Translations under genes and position numbers: made by a program
The notes under the pieces: model-generated
What the model saw: the letters and a program-made list of their open reading frames with translations, nothing else
Database searches by the model: none
Told to the model about the DNA's origin: nothing
Assembly: GCA_949467015.1 (NCBI GenBank)
Contig: CASVZF010000005.1
Span: 1 to 56,131 of the forward strand
Reading direction: 5' to 3'
Length of the DNA: 56,131 nt
From: an uncultured Clostridium sp.
GTDB taxonomy: Bacteria; Bacillota; Clostridia; TANB77; CAG-508
Part shown: positions 20,740 to 29,756 of the stretch, in pieces
Layout: every line of letters starts with the position of its first letter
How positions within the stretch are numbered: position 1 is the stretch's first letter

Positions 20740-21036
20740 TTATAATGATGTCTTTCTTTGTTTTTGTACTGGAGCTGGAGGTATTAATGGTGAATAAGAA
20801 TCCCCATCAAATACTTCCACTTCAACTGTTCTTGTTAAAACATCTGTGTAACTATAAGTTACATTTCTATCATTTTCCTCATATTTTACCACAAAAATAT
20901 TTGGATATACTTTTTCTATCGTAGCTTCTTTTTCAAAGGCTTTACTTCTTCCTAAAGAACCTTTGACAATTATCTTTTGACCCACTTTATCTAAGATGTC
21001 CGTTTTTAGATTTGCTATATCTGATCTACAAATCAT
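20740..21036 (-). CDS. veg: Veg family protein
   Basis: GRSK, YPNIFVV, TYSYTDVLT; start MICRSD after AGGTGA. Confidence 0.9.
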   Translation of the reverse strand: MICRSDIANLKTDILDKVGQKIIVKGSLGRSKAFEKEATIEKVYPNIFVVKYEENDRNVTYSYTDVLTRTVEVEVFDGDSYSPLIPPAPVQKQRKTSL

Positions 21037-21213
21037 CTTATCACCTACTCCCCTAAGTTGGCTCAATTATAGCATTTTAGGGATAAAATGTCAAAAAATG
21101 TTTGTTCTTATCAAAATCGTGAATCCGTCTATTTTCATGGTTTTCATTTATATTTTTGTGCTTTTTTACAAATATATTACATTTATGTTACAATTGTGTT
21201 AAAAGGGTTATTT

Positions 21214-22080
21214 TTATCTATCAATCAATTTTGCCATTTTTCCATTTGCTCCTATTCCACCAATTCCATTTTTTCCATCTCTTAGTTCATAAGCAATATC
21301 ATCAATTGTAATATATTTATATTTTTCTGTTAATGCAATTTTCTCTGCAACGATTAAAGGATCTAAAAAATCAATCAATATTCTTGCCGGTGATGATGCA
21401 AAATTTGCACCAGCGGAAATAATTGCCTCAAAATAACTTTGACATGCCCCTGCAAATATTACTAAATTTTTATTTTTCTCTCTATCATATCTTCTTGCCT
21501 CTTTTACCGTTGCTATAAAATATTTAGAATTTCTATAGTTGTATATATCTTGATATCTAGTTCCTCGTTTTATCATGCCATCATGTCCTGTTATCACTAA
21601 TATATCAGGGTCATATACTTCTAACAATCTATATACAACCTTTGCCTGTCTATATTCAGGTATATTTTTTACAATTGCATTCAGTCCTAATTTCTTATAG
21701 TATCGATAAGATTTTTCACTATATTTCTTGTCTCCATCCAAATGAAGTATTTTTCCTGTCTTTATTTTTTTCATTTTTCTTGTATCTCTTGTTATAAGAC
21801 CTATTTGGTAATTTCTATCTTCATTTTGTTGCATCGATTTTTGGATTCTCTTCTCTAATTTATTCTCCATTTCTTTTATTCTGTTTTTCACCTCTTGCTT
21901 TTCTATTCGTTCCAAATCGGATAATTTACTATCTGCTTCTATTCTTTCAATCATACCGTTTAAAATTGCAATTTTTTCCTTTTGATTATCTATAATATTA
22001 GTAACTACAAAAATAATATCTTTTCCATAAGATTTTCTTCCTACAATATCACCTTTTTTTATATAACTCATTTTTTTCAC
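21214..22080 (-). CDS. yabG: Sporulation peptidase YabG
   Basis: GDIVGRKSYGKDIIF, GKILHLDGD, ITGHDG, FAGACQS; adjacent to veg. SigK-like AC...CATAAAATA upstream. Confidence 0.95.
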   Translation of the reverse strand: MKKMSYIKKGDIVGRKSYGKDIIFVVTNIIDNQKEKIAILNGMIERIEADSKLSDLERIEKQEVKNRIKEMENKLEKRIQKSMQQNEDRNYQIGLITRDTRKMKKIKTGKILHLDGDKKYSEKSYRYYKKLGLNAIVKNIPEYRQAKVVYRLLEVYDPDILVITGHDGMIKRGTRYQDIYNYRNSKYFIATVKEARRYDREKNKNLVIFAGACQSYFEAIISAGANFASSPARILIDFLDPLIVAEKIALTEKYKYITIDDIAYELRDGKNGIGGIGANGKMAKLIDR

Positions 22081-22297
22081 CTCATTATTCAGGCTATTAT
22101 ATTTTATGTCAAAATGTGTCGATTCGTGATAAATTTAAAATTCTATTTTATATTCATTGCATTTAATATTTTTATATGCTATAATATATTAGTCTCAAAA
22201 AAGGCATATATGAATTTATTTTTAGAATATTTCCCTTCTTTTTAGGTCGATATGTAAGAAATACAATTCAAATCAATTTGAAAAGGAGGTTTTTATT

Positions 22298-22453
22298 ATG
22301 GCAGATAAAACAATAATATGTAAAGATTGTAATTCAGAATTCGTTTTTACTGAAGGCGAACAAGCTTTTTATAAAGAAAAAGGATTTGAAAATGAACCAG
22401 TTCGATGTCCAAATTGTAGAAAAGCTAGAAAACAACAAAGAAATAATTACTAA
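22298..22453 (+). CDS. 51-aa zinc-ribbon protein (zf-trcl type)
   Basis: Not in the ORF track. MADKTIICKDCNSEFVFTEGEQAFYKEKGFENEPVRCPNCRKARKQQRNNY*, with RBS AAGGAGG. Confidence 0.9.
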   Translation: MADKTIICKDCNSEFVFTEGEQAFYKEKGFENEPVRCPNCRKARKQQRNNY

Positions 22454-22477
22454 TTTCAAAAAGAGAATTTGATTTTA

Positions 22478-22750
22478 TCAAATTCTCTTTTCTTTATCAT
22501 TTAAATGGCTATATTTCATTTTGGTGGCTAGGCCTCCTCTTATGTGTCTTTCTGCTTTATTTTCATCTAAAATTGCTCTAACTTGATTCGCTAAATTCGG
22601 ATTTATTTTTTTTAGTCTTTCAGAAACATCTTTATGTACTGTACTTTTACTAATTCCAAATTTTTTAGCTGCTCCTCTTACAGTATCTTTTGAATCTATA
22701 ATATAATGTGCAAGTTCTATTGCACGCTCTTCTATTGATACATACATCAT
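22478..22750 (-). CDS. spoIIID: Stage III sporulation transcription factor
   Basis: IEERA...TVRGAAKKFGISKSTVHKD...RHIRGGLATK. Confidence 0.96.
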   Translation of the reverse strand: MMYVSIEERAIELAHYIIDSKDTVRGAAKKFGISKSTVHKDVSERLKKINPNLANQVRAILDENKAERHIRGGLATKMKYSHLNDKEKRI

Positions 22751-22757
22751 AAAGTAA

Positions 22758-22808
22758 AACCTCCATACGAATACTTTTGTTTAATTGTATTCGTATAAAG
22801 GCTTGTTT
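22758..22808. repeat. ~50-bp palindromic repeat, copy 1 (contains the spoIIID RBS)
   Basis: AACCTCCATACGAATA...TATTCGTATAAAGGC; closely similar to 25285..25340. Confidence 0.7.
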
Positions 22809-22901
22809 ATGATTATATATTATTATCCTATTAACAAAAATGTTAGAATATTAGCAAAAAATATGGGATATCCTTAGTATTTTCATTTTTCACAATCAAA
22901 T

Positions 22902-23478
22902 CTATTTTTCTATTTCTGTTCTATTTTTACTCTTTAAATAATTTGATAAATTTATCCAATTTTCGTGACTATACATTTTCGCTCTTTCTTCATCTGTATA
23001 ATTTGCCATTGTTTTCGTATAACCTTCTAATATAAATATCCTATCAAAATTCCATCCCTCTGTTCCACTTACTATTTCACTAATATTTCCTTTCGTGTAA
23101 GTCGTAAATGTTATCGGTTCTTTTTGGTATTCACAATATGCCATCACTTCCTTGTAAAATGCTTTTCTATTCGAATTTCCTTGCATTAATTTTATTATAT
23201 CTTTTGCATCAAGTTTTCTTTCTACATACTCTGAATATGGTCCGCGGGAACCCCTCAAATGCTTCTAAAAACAAACCAGAATCTATTTTTACTACGCTAC
23301 TTTTTAATTTATCGCTAGCATATCGAGCTGAAAATTTTGCAATCTTCTCCATGTCATCTGATTGAATTTCTGGACAATCTATTTTTTTATTAATTATATC
23401 TATTCCTGTTCCTTCTAACGCCGCTTTTGCAATATTTAATTTTTCTTTATTCCCTGTTACAAATATTAATGTTTCCAT
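22902..23478 (-). CDS. Ham1/RdgB-family non-canonical NTP pyrophosphatase, +1 frameshift at CGG codon 79
   Basis: FVTGNKEK, EIQ, DSGL..EAFEGFP|GPYSEY. The two tracked ORFs join by skipping one base; span is 577 nt = 3n+1. Confidence 0.85.
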
Positions 23479-23544
23479 ATAACTTTTGTATGATATATTT
23501 AATAATTTAAATAACCATACCCTCCTTTCCTCATTATTTATCTA

Positions 23545-24909
23545 TTATTTAGCTATTTGTCTTGCTATTAATATACCAGATGCCATAGATTGCATGGCTC
23601 CTCTAAAATGTCCTGTTGCATCTCCACCTATATATATTCCTTTAATATTTGTTTGCATTGTATTATCTACTTCAAACTTTTTCCAGCCCATTTCAAATGA
23701 TGGCGCATAAACAGTATTGCTTCCATCTGCAAATCCAGGTATTACTTTATCAATCTGCTTGATAAAATCCTTTAATAATTTACATGTTCTTTCTGGCAAA
23801 TAATTATTGATATTATCTTCAAATACATCTGGCATACTTAGTTCATTTTTTAGTATATTTTCTTCGTCTGAATTTTCTATAAAATTTTTTAATGATTGGA
23901 CAATTGGTTTTCCCTTTTTGTTGATTTTAGAAATAAATTGATATATTTCATCAATACTAAAGTCTACTTTATATCTATGATGTACTGCTAAATTAACTAC
24001 ATCAGATAATTTTCCACCCTCTTCATCTGTTCCTATGATATGACCATCTAGAGAACTAACTACTTTATCTCCAGTTAAGTTATACACACATTTTGTAATA
24101 TACCCTTTGTAATCTTGGCAAAAAGTTCTTAATTCTTCATTTTCATTTACCTTTACTTTTAACTTTAAGTCATTATGAAGGTTATTAATTTTATTGAAAA
24201 TATGATATGGAGCTTCAATCCTAACTCCTATCTCGATTTCTTGTTCTTCATCTTCATATTTTATATTTAATTTATCTGCTAAATTAGTTAATTGTCTACT
24301 TCCTATTCTACCTACTGCAAGAATTATTTTCTTTGTTTCGTAACAATTATTTTTCTTAGTAATAACTGTAAAATTTCCATCTTGTCCTATTATATCTATG
24401 ACTTGTTCTTCAGTAAATATCTCTACTCCATTATCTTCTAAGTCTTTTCTTATATTGGTTGCAATTTTATTCATCGTATTTTTCGAAACTTTTTGTGCAT
24501 TATAGTACTTCATTTCAATTCCAACATTTTTAAATTCTTTTTTTAACTTTTCTACTTTATCCATATATGGATAGATTCTTTTTTCTTTTCCGTACTTTTC
24601 TAATAATTCATCTACATAATGGTACATTTTCTTGGTTTCTTCTACTCCACCGCAGAAATTTACTAGTCCACTTCCAGCTGGATAAATACTTAGTTTTGTA
24701 CCTTCAAAAAATTGTGCTCCTCCATATCCTCCTAAAATATGGCATGTGGGCTTACAATACTTGCATACTCCTTGCGTCTCAATCTTACATTCTTTATTTT
24801 CTAAATCAACTCCTGCTTCAAGTATTGCAACTTTTTTTCCATTTTTCATTAGTTCTAACGCAGCAAACATTCCTGTGGGTCCTGCCCCTACAATTACTAC
24901 ATCATACAT
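23545..24909 (-). CDS. NAD(P)/FAD-dependent oxidoreductase (COG2509-like)
   Basis: DVVIVGAGPTG, GYGGA..F..KL, LRTFC, GIYIGGDATG. Confidence 0.85.
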   Translation of the reverse strand: MYDVVIVGAGPTGMFAALELMKNGKKVAILEAGVDLENKECKIETQGVCKYCKPTCHILGGYGGAQFFEGTKLSIYPAGSGLVNFCGGVEETKKMYHYVDELLEKYGKEKRIYPYMDKVEKLKKEFKNVGIEMKYYNAQKVSKNTMNKIATNIRKDLEDNGVEIFTEEQVIDIIGQDGNFTVITKKNNCYETKKIILAVGRIGSRQLTNLADKLNIKYEDEEQEIEIGVRIEAPYHIFNKINNLHNDLKLKVKVNENEELRTFCQDYKGYITKCVYNLTGDKVVSSLDGHIIGTDEEGGKLSDVVNLAVHHRYKVDFSIDEIYQFISKINKKGKPIVQSLKNFIENSDEENILKNELSMPDVFEDNINNYLPERTCKLLKDFIKQIDKVIPGFADGSNTVYAPSFEMGWKKFEVDNTMQTNIKGIYIGGDATGHFRGAMQSMASGILIARQIAK

Positions 24910-25010
24910 AAAACTCCTCCTTTATTATATATAATTTTAATATACATTGTCCATCCAAAAATTTTTTGATTAGAAAATGTATATCATTCATACTATAAAC
25001 ACTAGTCTAT

Positions 25011-25054
25011 AAAAATAAAAAAGATAAAACCACAAGACAGTAGTATTATCTTTT
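25011..25054 (-). terminator. Intrinsic terminator in the leader of the oxidoreductase-Ham1 operon
   Basis: AAAAGATAATACTAC/GTGGTTTTATCTTTT followed by a U-rich run. Confidence 0.6.
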
Positions 25055-25150
25055 AACACAAACCATAAAATTACAATATATGTAATTTATATTACATATT
25101 GTTTTAATTATAAAAGATTGATTCACACTTTTAACACTAATATTTTTCAT
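25046..25150 (-). CDS. Candidate 34-aa leader peptide
   Basis: RBS GAGGT; MKNISVKSVNQSFIIKTICNINYIYCNFMVCVKR*. The stop lies in the 5' arm of a terminator hairpin. Confidence 0.4.
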   Translation of the reverse strand: MKNISVKSVNQSFIIKTICNINYIYCNFMVCVKR

Positions 25151-25284
25151 TTCTTACCTCATTTTTTTATAGAACTATTATTTCAATTCATACATTTTTT
25201 GTAATAATAACATATAAGATTTAAATAATTTGTCGAAATTTGTCATAAGATTGATTTTTTTCAATTTTATGATTGACTAATTAA

Positions 25285-25340
25285 AATACAACCTCTATAC
25301 GAATCATTTTGCTTAATTACATTCGTATAAAGGTTGTATT
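25285..25340. repeat. ~50-bp palindromic repeat, copy 2 (terminator position after the DUF2798 gene)
   Basis: AATACAACCTCTATACGAAT...ATTCGTATAAAGGTTGTATT. Confidence 0.7.
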
Positions 25341-25354
25341 AGTACATAACTTAT

Positions 25355-25921
25355 TTAATTTACTTTTAGTAATTCTTTTTCATTTAGCATTTTTTCTTTT
25401 TCTTCATTATTTTGATTTTTTAAATCTTTTTTAAAAATTGCTTTAAAAATTGTTCTGGTTAAAGGTTGAATAAAGAATAGTTGAGAAAGCAATGCAAATG
25501 GAAAGTTCAGTACAACTTTTTGTAACCAAAAAGGTATAAAATTAATAATAAAATTATCTAAAGGCGCCCCATTCATTCCAACAGCTATAATCCCATTATA
25601 AAGAATTGTGGCTAAAAAACTCATCAATGGACACATAATTCCAACTGTCGTACATATAATAGCCGTTTCTACCATCATGGGATCATTTTTCTCAGGATTC
25701 ATTGCTTTTAATCCTAACTTTATAGATAAAGGACTACCAATAAAAATTTCACATAAATATGCCAATATAAATTCAATTGGAATAAAAACCCATGAATTCT
25801 TTATAACATCTATTGTAAATCCTCCTACTTCATAAGATGAACAATAAAATACAAAACATGGAACTGTTATAATAACTGTTATTAATGCAAACATTAATCT
25901 TTCAAATTTTGTTTGTGGCAT
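25355..25921 (-). CDS. DUF2798-family membrane protein
   Basis: MPQTKFE..F, four TM helices, MCPLMS, NFPFAL..Q.F..P..R..F. Confidence 0.8.
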   Translation of the reverse strand: MPQTKFERLMFALITVIITVPCFVFYCSSYEVGGFTIDVIKNSWVFIPIEFILAYLCEIFIGSPLSIKLGLKAMNPEKNDPMMVETAIICTTVGIMCPLMSFLATILYNGIIAVGMNGAPLDNFIINFIPFWLQKVVLNFPFALLSQLFFIQPLTRTIFKAIFKKDLKNQNNEEKEKMLNEKELLKVN

Positions 25922-25950
25922 ATAAAATTCCTCCTTTCTTTTTTACAAAT

Positions 25951-26034
25951 AAAAAACACATGTAGTTAAATCTGATTATTTCTTAAAAATGCCGTAATCA
26001 GATTTACAAGCTTTCGCTCTACATGTGCCGTTTA
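25951..26034 (-). promoter_or_regulatory. Structured 5' leader (candidate riboswitch/attenuator) of the DUF2798 gene
   Basis: CACATGTAG/CTACATGTG closing stem followed by U6, a GAAA tetraloop hairpin and a 12-bp inner stem. It lies downstream of a TTGACA-N17-TAAACT promoter (26055..26083). Confidence 0.6.
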
Positions 26035-26093
26035 ATTATTTTTTTATCTTAATTAGTTTACCTCATTTTATAAAAAATGTCAATTGTTTCGTT

Positions 26094-26756
26094 TCACATT
26101 TCTTTTTTATTGTTGTATATCCTGTCTAAATACTCATCTGGATAATTCTGGTCTAAAAATACATCTATTCTATTTTTAGCTGGAATATGATTATGTCTTT
26201 CATCTTGCCTATTAGCTGCCATACAAGATATCGTTATATCAAAAGCCATAAATAGCATTAAAAAAACGGTAAGTATTCTAACCCATTTTTTATAAATCAT
26301 CGGCTCTATTTTTTCAATCCATGGATATACTAACTTTAGAAATACTACTGCAATAATTCCCCAATAGAAACAATATAATAAACAAGTTCTTCCATTAATA
26401 TTCATAAATAAATCGCTATAATCCCATGAAACCGTTCCAAATAAAATCTCTTGAAAAAAGGAACATAAATATTCCAAAAGTCCTCCCATCGTCATACCCA
26501 AAAAAAATGCATTTTTAGGATCTTTTACTTTTGTTATTAAAATATAATAAGCCACTGCACCTATCCCATAAATTTGCACAAATGGTCCATATATTAATCC
26601 TTGTCTAATGACAACTGTTCTGGTATATACCGTACTATAGATCATTTCTGCCAAAAATCCAAATACACTTCCTATTATAAAAATCCAAAATATTCTTATT
26701 ATCCAATTTATTATTTTTACAACTTTGCTTTCCTTCTTTTTCATATAATTCCCCAT
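26094..26756 (-). CDS. Putative ABC transporter permease (CmpB/TMEM229-like family)
   Basis: GLIYGPFVQIYGIGA, LEY..S, WDYS..FMNINGRTCL. Confidence 0.85.
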   Translation of the reverse strand: MGNYMKKKESKVVKIINWIIRIFWIFIIGSVFGFLAEMIYSTVYTRTVVIRQGLIYGPFVQIYGIGAVAYYILITKVKDPKNAFFLGMTMGGLLEYLCSFFQEILFGTVSWDYSDLFMNINGRTCLLYCFYWGIIAVVFLKLVYPWIEKIEPMIYKKWVRILTVFLMLFMAFDITISCMAANRQDERHNHIPAKNRIDVFLDQNYPDEYLDRIYNNKKEM

Positions 26757-26926
26757 ATTATTTTAACTAGTAACATTATATACTAAGAAAATAAAAAAAT
26801 AAAGATTTATTTTGATTTTTCCATCATAGTTTAGTTTATATGTGTTAATACTATCTTCCAATCAAAACAGGATATAGCATAATTGTTAGATATATGTTAT
26901 AATAACGATATGTTTTGGAGGATATT

Positions 26927-28493
26927 ATGATAAGAATTAATAACATAAAAATAAGAAAAAATATTTCAAAAGAAGAATTACTAAACTTTATAATAGAAAA
27001 AAATAAAATTAGTAAAAATGATATTCTAGAATGGCATATTTCTAAAAAATCTATTGATGCTAGAAAAAAAGAAGATGTCCATTATATTTATTCAGTCGAC
27101 TTTATATTAAAAAATGAAAATAAATATAAAAAATTAGAAAAAATAACCCCTTTTGAAGCTCCTCAAATAAAAGTTCATAACATTACTTCTAAAAAACCAG
27201 TTATTGTTGGAGCAGGTCCTAGTGGCCTTTTTGCTGCTTTAACTTTTGTCCAAAATGGTCTTTCCCCTATTATTATTGAGCAAGGCGATTCTGTTGAAAA
27301 AAGAAAAGCTATGGTAGATACTTTTTTAAAAGAAGGAAATTTAAATACACTTTCCAATGTACAATTTGGGGAAGGTGGTGCAGGCACATTTTCTGATGGA
27401 AAACTAACAACTGGAATTAGCAGTCCTCTTTGCAAAAAAGTTTTACAAGAATTTGTGAACTTTGGAGCTCCTGAACAAATATTATATTTGTCAAAGCCTC
27501 ATATTGGTACAGATAATTTAATACATATTATTAAAAACATGAGAGAATACATTCTTTCCAAAGGGGGAACGTTTTTATTCAATACAAAAGTAACTGACTT
27601 CAAAATTAAAGATGGACAAATCAAATCTGTTTCTTGTATAAATAATAAACAAGAAAAAGAGATTCCTGCTACTCACGTTGTTTTAGCAATTGGCCATAGT
27701 TCTAGAGATACTTTCGAAAAGCTTTATGAAAGAGGAATCCAAATGGAAAAGAAAAATTTCTCCGTTGGTGTTAGAATCGAACATTTACAAGAAGACATCA
27801 ATAAAGCACAATATGGTGAAATTACCAAATTAAAATTACCTCCTGCTGAATATAAACTAGCCTATCATTCTTCTACTGGTCGCTCTTGCTATACTTTTTG
27901 TATGTGTCCAGGTGGTGTTGTTATGGCATCTTCCAGTAGTGAAAACACAATTGTTACGAATGGTATGAGTAACTTTTTAAGGAATGGCAAGAATGCTAAT
28001 TCTGCTATTTTAGTAAATGTCACCCCTGAAGATTTTAAAGATAATTCTCCACTTGCTGGAGTTTGCTTTCAAAAAGATTTAGAAAATAAAGCATTCATCT
28101 TAGGCGGTTCTAACTACTTCGCGCCAATTCAAAGAGTGGAAGATTTTTTACAAAATAGGAAATCAGAATTTATAGGATCAATCAAACCATCTTATCTTCC
28201 TGGTGTTAGTTTATCTAATTTAAATGATATTTTGCCTAAATTCGTTTCTGATACTTTAAAAGAAGGAATCCATTACTTTGATAAAAAACTAAAAGGTTTT
28301 GCAAATCCAGATAGCATATTAACAGGTGTTGAAACTCGTAGCTCTTCTCCTGTTAAACTTCCAAGGAATAAAAATTTAGTTTCTAATATTTCTGGTCTAT
28401 ATCCTTGTGGAGAAGGCGCTCGGTTATGCTGGAGGTATTATGTCTGCATCTGTTGATGGAATAAAATGTGCAATTGCTGTTTTAGAAAATTAA
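26927..28493 (+). CDS. FAD-dependent dehydrogenase (COG2509), +1 frameshift at CGG near the C-terminus
   Basis: GAGPSG, FGEGGAGTFSDGKL, YTFCMCPGG, GVETRSSSP. The 0 frame ends GEGA-RLCWRYYVCIC*; the +1 frame gives the canonical GEGA-GYAGGIMSASVDGIKCA. Confidence 0.9.
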
Positions 28494-28508
28494 TTTCAAA
28501 TTATTTCC

Positions 28509-28548
28509 ATCCTGTCAATCTAAATATACTATATTAGGTTGACAGGAT
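28509..28548. terminator. Bidirectional terminator
   Basis: ATCCTGTCAATCTAA/TTAGGTTGACAGGAT between convergent genes. Confidence 0.7.
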
Positions 28549-28555
28549 TATTTGT

Positions 28556-29701
28556 TCAATTTGTATTTCTCAATCGTTCTACTACTTCGATTAAATTTTT
28601 TACTAAATAATCGATATCTTCTTTTGTATTTTCCTCTCCAAAGGTTGTTCTTAATGCTGAATAAGCTAATTCAGGCGATAATCCAATAGCTAATAAAACA
28701 TGAGATGGATTGGAAGAACCTGTGGAACATGCAGAACCCGATGATGCACAAATTCCTTTTGCATCTAAGTTTAACAATAAAGCCTCTCCCTCTACGTTTT
28801 TAAACGAAAAATTGGCATTTCCAGGTAATCTTTTTTCTAAAGTTCCATTTAATTTCACATTTGATATTTTTTCTTTTACTTGCAAAATATAATAATCTCT
28901 TATTTCTTGCAAGTGCTTCATATGTTTATCTAGATTCATTCTTGCAAGTTCACAAGCTTTTCCTAATCCTACAATTTCAGGAACATTTTCTGTCCCTGCT
29001 CTTTTATCTTTTTCTTGGTGTCCTCCATCTATAAACTTTTCGAAAGCAATTCCATTTTTTACATATAAAGCCCCCACACCCTTAGGAGCATATAGCTTAT
29101 GCCCTGATAGAGATAGCATATCTATTCCCATCTTTTTGACATCAATCGGAACATTTCCACATGCTTGCACGGCGTCTGTATGAAATACAATATTATACAT
29201 TTTTGCTATTTTTGCTATCTCATAAACTGGTTGAATGGTACCGATTTCATTATTAGCAAACATGATACTAATCAAAATAGTATCATTCCTAATTGAATTT
29301 TTTAATTCATTTAAATCTATCATCCCATCTTTATTAACATTTAAATAAGTTACTAAAAATCCTTGTTTTTCTAAGCTTTTACATGTGTGCAATACAGCTG
29401 GATGTTCAATTTTTGAAGTTATAATGTGTCTTCCTCTATTAAGATTTGCATAGGCAATTCCTTTTATTGCTGTATTATCACTTTCCGATCCACAGCCTGT
29501 AAAATAGATTTCATTTTCTTTACAATTAATTAATTTTGCTACTTTTGCTCGAGCCTCCTCTATCGCTTTTTTTGCTTCTCTTCCTATGGTATACATAGAA
29601 GATGGATTTCCAAATCTATCTTTTAAATAAGGTAGCATTTCTTCCAATACTTCATCTTTCACTCTTGTAGTAGCTGCATGATCAAAATATCGAATTTTCA
29701 T
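28556..29701 (-). CDS. iscS: Cysteine desulfurase (IscS/NifS)
   Basis: YFDHAATT, GNPSS, HTDAVQ, SGHKLY, SSGSAC. Confidence 0.93.
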   Translation of the reverse strand: MKIRYFDHAATTRVKDEVLEEMLPYLKDRFGNPSSMYTIGREAKKAIEEARAKVAKLINCKENEIYFTGCGSESDNTAIKGIAYANLNRGRHIITSKIEHPAVLHTCKSLEKQGFLVTYLNVNKDGMIDLNELKNSIRNDTILISIMFANNEIGTIQPVYEIAKIAKMYNIVFHTDAVQACGNVPIDVKKMGIDMLSLSGHKLYAPKGVGALYVKNGIAFEKFIDGGHQEKDKRAGTENVPEIVGLGKACELARMNLDKHMKHLQEIRDYYILQVKEKISNVKLNGTLEKRLPGNANFSFKNVEGEALLLNLDAKGICASSGSACSTGSSNPSHVLLAIGLSPELAYSALRTTFGEENTKEDIDYLVKNLIEVVERLRNTN

Positions 29702-29756
29702 AATTTTCTCCTTTTCATTTATATATTCATATTATATTCAAAAATAAAAGCAATAT

